Assembly (NCBI GenBank): GCA_040755455.1
Contig: JBFMAY010000002.1
Span: forward strand, 1 to 64,000
Direction of reading: 5' to 3'
DNA length: 64,000 nt
Source: Thermodesulfobacteriota bacterium
GTDB lineage: Bacteria > Desulfobacterota > Desulfobulbia > Desulfobulbales > SURF-16
Part shown: piece after piece, positions 58,221-64,000 of the stretch
Layout: each line of letters opens with the position of its first letter
Numbering within the stretch: the stretch's first letter is position 1
Translations under genes and position numbers: made by a program
The notes under the pieces: generated by a model
Database searches by the model: none
What the model was told of the DNA's origin: nothing
What the model saw: the letters and a program-made list of their open reading frames with translations, nothing else

Positions 58221-58906
58221 CGTCTTGCCCTCTGTCTGAATTGGCGGGAGACGGATTCATTTGCCAGCAGGACGACAAAGGAGATGCCGATGGAGACCAG
58301 ACACAGGGACAGGGCCATGCGGTCGCCCCCGGGCGTGTTGGTGTACTCATAGATGGCCAGGGGAATGGTCTGGGTGACTCCTGGAATATTGCCGGCCAGA
58401 ATAATGGTGGCGCCGAACTCCCCAAGGCTTCTGGCAAACATCAGCGTCATGCCGGCCAGCACGGCCCGGCCGGACAGGGGGGCAATGATGGTGAGCAAGG
58501 TGTCCCACCTGCAGGCGCCCAGGGTGCGTGAGGCCTGCAGGTAGCGCTCATCAATGTCTTCCATGCCGGTGCGGATGGAACGCACCAGCAGGGGAAAGCC
58601 GACCACCGCCGAGGCAATGACCGCCCCCTTGAGGGTAAAGATGACGCGGATGCCAAGCGACTGGAAGAGCGGACCCAGCACCCCTGATTGCCCGAAGAGC
58701 AGCAGCAGCAGATAGCCCACCACCACCGGCGGCAGCACCAGGGGGAGATTCACCAATCCCTCGACCACGGCCTTGCCCGGCAGGCGCACAAATACCAGGA
58801 GATAGGCCACACCAAAGCCGAACGGCACCGATAACAGGGTCGCCGCGGTGGCGACCTGGGCCGACAGCCAGATTGCCTGCATATCCTGGGGAGCAAGGGT
58901 CAGCAT
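58217..58906 (-). CDS. modB: molybdate ABC transporter permease
   Basis: LPLVLPPVVVGY and FARSLGEFGAT motifs. Confidence 0.95.
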   Translation of the reverse strand: MLTLAPQDMQAIWLSAQVATAATLLSVPFGFGVAYLLVFVRLPGKAVVEGLVNLPLVLPPVVVGYLLLLLFGQSGVLGPLFQSLGIRVIFTLKGAVIASAVVGFPLLVRSIRTGMEDIDERYLQASRTLGACRWDTLLTIIAPLSGRAVLAGMTLMFARSLGEFGATIILAGNIPGVTQTIPLAIYEYTNTPGGDRMALSLCLVSIGISFVVLLANESVSRQFRQRARR

Positions 58907-58950
58907 AATTCAGTCTCCTGCAGATGTCATTACAGCTTTCGTGCCGCCAT

Positions 58951-59736
58951 TCAACGGCCGCCTGCCGCCTGGCCCGCTGTTGTGGCGCCAAAGCCGTATT
59001 TTTCAAGAATCTTCATGGCGTCAGGGCTTGCAAGAAAATCATAAAAAACGCGGGCCGCACTGTTTTTCTCCCCCTCGACCGTAAGCCCCACAGGATAGGA
59101 AATGGGGTCATGCAGATCAGCCGGTACCGTATAGAGAATGACCGCCTTGGTAGCCAACAGCGCATCGGTGCGGTAGACAAAGGCGGCATCCACCTCGCCC
59201 CGGTCGGCATACAGCAGGGCCTGGCGCACATCCTGGGCCATCACCAGTTTCTTTGCCGCTGCTAACCTTTCATACACCCCTGCCAGCCGCATGGCCTGCT
59301 CGGCATACTGACCCGCCGGCACACTCCGGGGACTGCCGATGGCAATCCGCTGCATGGCGTCCAGATCACTGAGAGCGTTGACGGACACCGTTGGCGGGCC
59401 GACAAGCACCAGGGTATTTTTGGCCAGATCACGCACCGTTGGCGGGGCAATTTTCCCTTCCTTTTCCAGGTAGGTCATCCATTCGGCATTGGCCGAAATA
59501 AAAAGATCGGCCGCCGCGCCCTGGACAACCTGCTTGGCCAGGGCGCCGGAGGAACCGAAATTGGGCAGCATGGCCACCCCGGGATGGCCGGCCACAAAGG
59601 CCGCGTCAAGCTCCTTGAACACATCGGTCATGCTAGCCGCCACCGACAGGTGCACCTCGTCGGCGGCCTGGGCCGGCAGAATAAAAAAAACAAGCAACTG
59701 CGCCAGCGATAGCAGCACCGCAAATCCACTTTTCAT
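58951..59736 (-). CDS. modA: molybdate-binding periplasmic protein
   Basis: AASM, FGSSGAL, SVPAGQYA and QDVRQAL motifs. Confidence 0.95.
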   Translation of the reverse strand: MKSGFAVLLSLAQLLVFFILPAQAADEVHLSVAASMTDVFKELDAAFVAGHPGVAMLPNFGSSGALAKQVVQGAAADLFISANAEWMTYLEKEGKIAPPTVRDLAKNTLVLVGPPTVSVNALSDLDAMQRIAIGSPRSVPAGQYAEQAMRLAGVYERLAAAKKLVMAQDVRQALLYADRGEVDAAFVYRTDALLATKAVILYTVPADLHDPISYPVGLTVEGEKNSAARVFYDFLASPDAMKILEKYGFGATTAGQAAGGR

Positions 59737-60023
59737 GACATTTCTCCCTCTTCACATTATTGTGCAAATCCTGCTGAAAAACCTTCATAACGGACATCTC
59801 TCTTCAGTTGCCGCCCAGAATGACGCGGAAAGCCTTGATGATGGCAGGGGCTTCTCCCCCGCGCCTTGGCCGCCTGATTGATGGAGCCGCAGGCAGCTCT
59901 TTTTTTCAGACAGGGATGGGGCCGAATTTTCACTGCCGGCCAGGCAGCAGAAGGCGCACTCCATCAAATATTGCGGCTGCCCCTGTCGTCTCTTGCTATG
60001 CATCGGTTAAGGCTATCGAATAA

Positions 60024-60044
60024 ATCGTTATTATAAATAACAAT
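60024..60044. promoter_or_regulatory. putative ModE-type operator
   Basis: ATCGTTAT-TATAA-ATAACAAT imperfect palindrome about 290 nt upstream of modA. Confidence 0.55.
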
Positions 60045-60611
60045 AAGGCTTAATAAAACAAGACGGCTTTGTCAAGCAGGGGAGCAAGGCCCATGCCAGC
60101 AGATTGCCGGGGATTCCCCGCCTGCCGCGGATCCTTTTCTTTTCCCGGTTTTCTTGGGGGCCGGGGGATATGGAGATTTTTTCCGCCAGACAAAATGAAA
60201 ATTTATGTACAGAGCGGGCCAGGCATTCAGACAAAAATGTCACATGTGACACACAATTGTCATCCATGCCACAAAATTGACAGGAACAACCTGGCAAATC
60301 ACTATCGCAAAGCAACCACGGGGTGGACCCACTTAGCGGTATCTCACGACCCTCTTTTAATCCAAATAGTTACCTTGAATATTTTTTACACCTGGCAAAT
60401 ATAATCCTTGAAAAAGACATCCGGACCCAGTAGTAATAAATAACAGTGAAGAGTTCGGCGCTCTGCAACCCCTCAGTGCTGAAAAGGCAAACCTTGCCGC
60501 GCGGCTTATTTTTCAGCACGAAACCATGTGACACGAACGCTGCGCCCAGCATTCCGCCGGGAAATTTTCCCCATTATTTTCAGGAGCAGCTAAGATGTGA
60601 AGTAAGACCCT

Positions 60612-61034
60612 ATGCCCACCACCTATGAATTTGATCCAAACAGCGGCATCTTGCATTCATACCATTCCGGCAGACAGACCGTTAACGATGTTTGCGATTA
60701 TTTCACGGCGGTCACCAACGATCCAACCATCAAAGAAGGGTATATTGAGGTCGTTCATTTCGCCGATGATATTGAGTTCGATTTTACCAGCCACACCGCC
60801 CGAATAATTCCAATTCGCTTCTCGGAACTGAAAAATAAAAAAGACATAAAGGTCACTATCTTCATCGGTGCGACCCAGCTGCAATACGGTATCGCGAGGA
60901 TGATGAAAAATCTTCATGCGCTCTTCGACCCGTCAGATGACATCCGGGTGGTGCGCACCCCGGCGGAAGCCCAAAGAGAGATCAACAGCATCATCCTGAC
61001 GCCAGGGAATTTAGCCAGGATTGCCCGCTGTTAA
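60612..61034 (+). CDS. hypothetical protein (STAS/SpoIIAA-like pattern)
   Basis: 140-aa ORF; LQYGIARM and IRVVRT..EA motifs. Confidence 0.7.
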   Translation: MPTTYEFDPNSGILHSYHSGRQTVNDVCDYFTAVTNDPTIKEGYIEVVHFADDIEFDFTSHTARIIPIRFSELKNKKDIKVTIFIGATQLQYGIARMMKNLHALFDPSDDIRVVRTPAEAQREINSIILTPGNLARIARC

Positions 61035-61631
61035 ACAAAAAACGCCCGCTATTCCATAGCTCACGCGCAACTCCCCCCCAATCAGGCGCAATCGCCTCCT
61101 GCTCGTAACCCCTTCCCCATTAATCAATATTCTGTTATTCTATATCATTGCTGACAGCCAGCCATCTTCCGTTAAACATCATGCGGCAAATCAGCAGCAA
61201 CCCCTGGAGGTCATGCCATTTTTGCATCAGACCGATATATTTGTGTCTCCTTGCAGATCTTTGACGTTTTTTAAGTTGCCGACATGCGCCACATAAACTA
61301 TTTTCACTGTGTCATGCGCCAGAATGCCTTGCCGGCATGACAACAATATCACCGGGCATGAAAGAGACACCCGGGCAGCAAAACCGCAGCCACACCCCGC
61401 AGGGGAGGCGTATTTTGCAGGAGCTCCCGGAACCTTGCCAAGTTGGGCATGACACTGCCAACTACTTGTGACTGACCGATTTTTTATTATAAGAAACGGA
61501 TAGGGGAAGAAATAACCAGGAAAACCACATGACAAATCCTGGCCGGTGGTTATGGATTTACCATGATTGCAGCGTTTGGTGCCGGTGATGCCGTTATCTC
61601 CCAATCCAGCGTTAAACAAGTGTGAAAAAAC

Positions 61632-63095
61632 ATGCAGAGCAAAAAAAATTTCCCGCAAAAGCTCACCGCTCTTTTGATTTACGGCAGACCCCCGCTCGTT
61701 CTCGGCGGCATGGTGTGCGCCATCGCCGTCATGTGGAACCGCAGCCTGCCCCTGTATGTGACCGGAGTATTTCTTCTGCTGATCTCCATGAGCTTTGACG
61801 TTGTCGACGGCTGGTTCGCGGCCCGCTATCCTCCCCATGCGACCATGGCCAACCTGGCTGACCGGGTCATGGATAAAATCGTCTACTCGATCATCTTTCC
61901 GCTTGTTGCCGCCGGCATGATGTGGCGTCTCATCTTCATCGCCCCGGATCATACCAGGCCTGAAATTCTGCACGCTATCCTGGTACTCGTGTTGTGCATC
62001 ACGGTTTTGATCCGGGACAGTTTTGCCCACTTCGTGCGCAGCTGTGCAATCCAGAAAGGCTTCGAATCGGAAACCATGGAGTTCACCCGGCTGCGCACCA
62101 TGGTGGCTGCCCCGGTGGGAGCCCTGCTTTACATCCATGCCTTTTTCCTGCCCGGCAAGGGTGATTCGATAATCTATATCTTCATTTCGTGGCTGGCCAA
62201 CCTGCCGCTGCGCACATACTTTATCATCGAAATCATCTTCCTGATCATCAATTTCGGTTCCATAGCGGGTCTGTGCCGGAAATACGGCACGTTACTGCTC
62301 GACGAGGTATGCCATGAAGACGACCTGCTGCGCCGGCGCATTCTTGCCTTTTTCCCCAATGCCCTGACCGTTCTCAATGCCCTGATGGGCATTCTGGCGA
62401 TTATCTTTACCCATCAGGGCCTCATGCGCCAGGCATATCTGTTTCTGGTCGGCGCCGCCATCTTTGACAAGCTTGATGGGGCTGTGGCCCGCAGACTCGG
62501 ACTGACGGAGCCCTCACCCCAGCAGAAAAAGGGGTCGGGGATAACCATGGGAAGCCTGCTGGATGATATTGCCGACGGCATCAGCTTCTGCCTGGCTCCG
62601 GCCCTGATTTTCTACATAACCCTTGCTGACCACCCCGCAGCCGGACTGGACAAACCCTGGCCCACCGTGGTGGCGGCTGCTTATTTTTTCCTGGGCGTGA
62701 CCCGCCTCATCTATTTCACCATCGACCGCGCCCCCATCCCCGGATTTTTCAAGGGAATGCCCACACCGGCCGCAGCTCTGCTGGTTGTCGCCCCGCTGCT
62801 GATGTTCAGCCAGGCGGCGGAAACCTCCATGGCCACCGCCCCATTCTGGGGGATTTTCTGTTTCTCCATCATGATTATCGCCTCACTTGCCATGAATCTC
62901 TACCCCGTGCATTATCTGCATATCGGCCGTTTCATGGACAGCAATCCCTGGTTCGGACGCTTCAACATGCTGCTGCTGCTGATTTGCCTCTTCACCCCCT
63001 ACTTCGGCTATATCGCCCTCATCTATCTGCTGCTCTATCTCCTGTCGCCGTCCTTTACCCGGCGCATGGAGCCCAATCGTCAAACACGGCAATGA
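61632..63095 (+). CDS. CDP-alcohol phosphatidyltransferase with two catalytic domains
   Basis: DVVDGWFAAR...ADRVMD and DKLDGAVARR...GSLLDDIAD motifs; FFKGMPTP. Confidence 0.88.
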   Translation: MQSKKNFPQKLTALLIYGRPPLVLGGMVCAIAVMWNRSLPLYVTGVFLLLISMSFDVVDGWFAARYPPHATMANLADRVMDKIVYSIIFPLVAAGMMWRLIFIAPDHTRPEILHAILVLVLCITVLIRDSFAHFVRSCAIQKGFESETMEFTRLRTMVAAPVGALLYIHAFFLPGKGDSIIYIFISWLANLPLRTYFIIEIIFLIINFGSIAGLCRKYGTLLLDEVCHEDDLLRRRILAFFPNALTVLNALMGILAIIFTHQGLMRQAYLFLVGAAIFDKLDGAVARRLGLTEPSPQQKKGSGITMGSLLDDIADGISFCLAPALIFYITLADHPAAGLDKPWPTVVAAAYFFLGVTRLIYFTIDRAPIPGFFKGMPTPAAALLVVAPLLMFSQAAETSMATAPFWGIFCFSIMIIASLAMNLYPVHYLHIGRFMDSNPWFGRFNMLLLLICLFTPYFGYIALIYLLLYLLSPSFTRRMEPNRQTRQ

Positions 63096-63389
63096 GCCGG
63101 CTATAGAATACCTTCGCCTGTCAGCCGTAAAATGTATCGTGGCGCTGCCAGGGCGTGAAAGCCAATGGTTGTGGATGTAACCGGAGGGAAAAGCCGCCAG
63201 GCAGGTTTCCCCGCTCCGGCAATTATCATCGCCCGCGGCACCGTTCATTGGCACGCAGGAATCCCCCTAGTTCTCCCTGGGCATCAGGCGCAGAGCATCG
63301 CGACCTTTTCCCTTGCGTCCACAGCACATGCTCATTAGAATAGTCTAATGAAACTTTCCGGGCACAACCTGTAGCATGACAGGACTCTT

Positions 63390-64000
63390 ATGGAAAAATT
63401 GCCGATCAGTTTTGCCAGGCAGGGTTTGCATCTAATCTGCGGCACTCTGCTATGCCTTACCCTCTCCGCCTGCGGTGTGTCATTGCTGCCAGTGTCCAGG
63501 AACAGAGTCGAATCCCCCTGGCAATCCTTTGCCCAGGCAAAAGATGCCTTTGACAAGGTGATTCCCTATCAGACCACCAAGGACGATCTGCATGCACTCT
63601 CCCTTGATCCCTTTCAAAACACCAATATTGAGATTCTCACCTACCTCGATTTAACAAAACTGTTCATGCCCAATTCTTCCTTCCGCAAAGAGGATCTGGA
63701 CCAGCGCATGCAAAATTGCCTAAACGCCCTGGATAAATGCTACGGCTACAATCTGACCCTCAGCAACATGGAAAGCAAACGATACGGCAATGTTGTTCTC
63801 GATTTATTCAACTTTAAAAGAAAATCACAAAAGAAAGGCTGGATATTCAAGGCGTTAATCGTTCTGCAGGATGATGTGGTCGTGTATAAGATATGGGGCG
63901 GCAAGCCCCAGGTTGACGAATACGTCTATAATAAAAATCCGTTAGGTCCGCTGCAGGAGTCGGAAGGCACGATCAAGTCCATTGCCGTGGAAACCGCCTT
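63390..64000 (+). CDS. putative lipoprotein, truncated by the window end
   Basis: Read by eye (not in the ORF track): MEKLPISF...LTLSAC lipobox; open to 64000. Confidence 0.78.
   Translation, partial: MEKLPISFARQGLHLICGTLLCLTLSACGVSLLPVSRNRVESPWQSFAQAKDAFDKVIPYQTTKDDLHALSLDPFQNTNIEILTYLDLTKLFMPNSSFRKEDLDQRMQNCLNALDKCYGYNLTLSNMESKRYGNVVLDLFNFKRKSQKKGWIFKALIVLQDDVVVYKIWGGKPQVDEYVYNKNPLGPLQESEGTIKSIAVETA

Noticed and set aside
61213..61296. 27-codon ORF after GGAGG
   Set aside because: RBS spacing is too short and there is no other support.

Overview
Bacterial chromosome segment. Gene content (Sec-containing formate dehydrogenase, class III multiheme cytochrome plus ExtJ-like protein, MglAB, sigma-54 systems, PEP-CTERM protein) points to Desulfobacterota, probably Desulfobulbales-like (inference). 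Most of the window is housekeeping, transport and signalling: kup with a c-di-AMP riboswitch, lptFG, crcB, cls, modABC, two diguanylate cyclases and an ErcA/ErcS-like cascade. Three accessory patches stand out. (1) 1-2.6 kb: an integron cassette array with no integrase in view. It has two intact attC sites, a third attC destroyed by an antisense group IIC intron remnant, and a RAYT-type HUH transposase with 19-bp inverted repeats. (2) 23.8-27.3 kb: a complete 3.5-kb IS21-family element with a 5-bp target duplication and two extra genes upstream of istA. (3) 37.0-41.1 kb: a second attC cluster with a decaying vapBC cassette and a 1040-aa STAND-NTPase/TPR/TIR gene. That protein has its effector at the C-terminus and a near-identical 3x120-bp repeat expansion in its sensor region, making it the best candidate here for an undescribed anti-phage system. 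All calls come from reading motifs by eye; no database searches were run.
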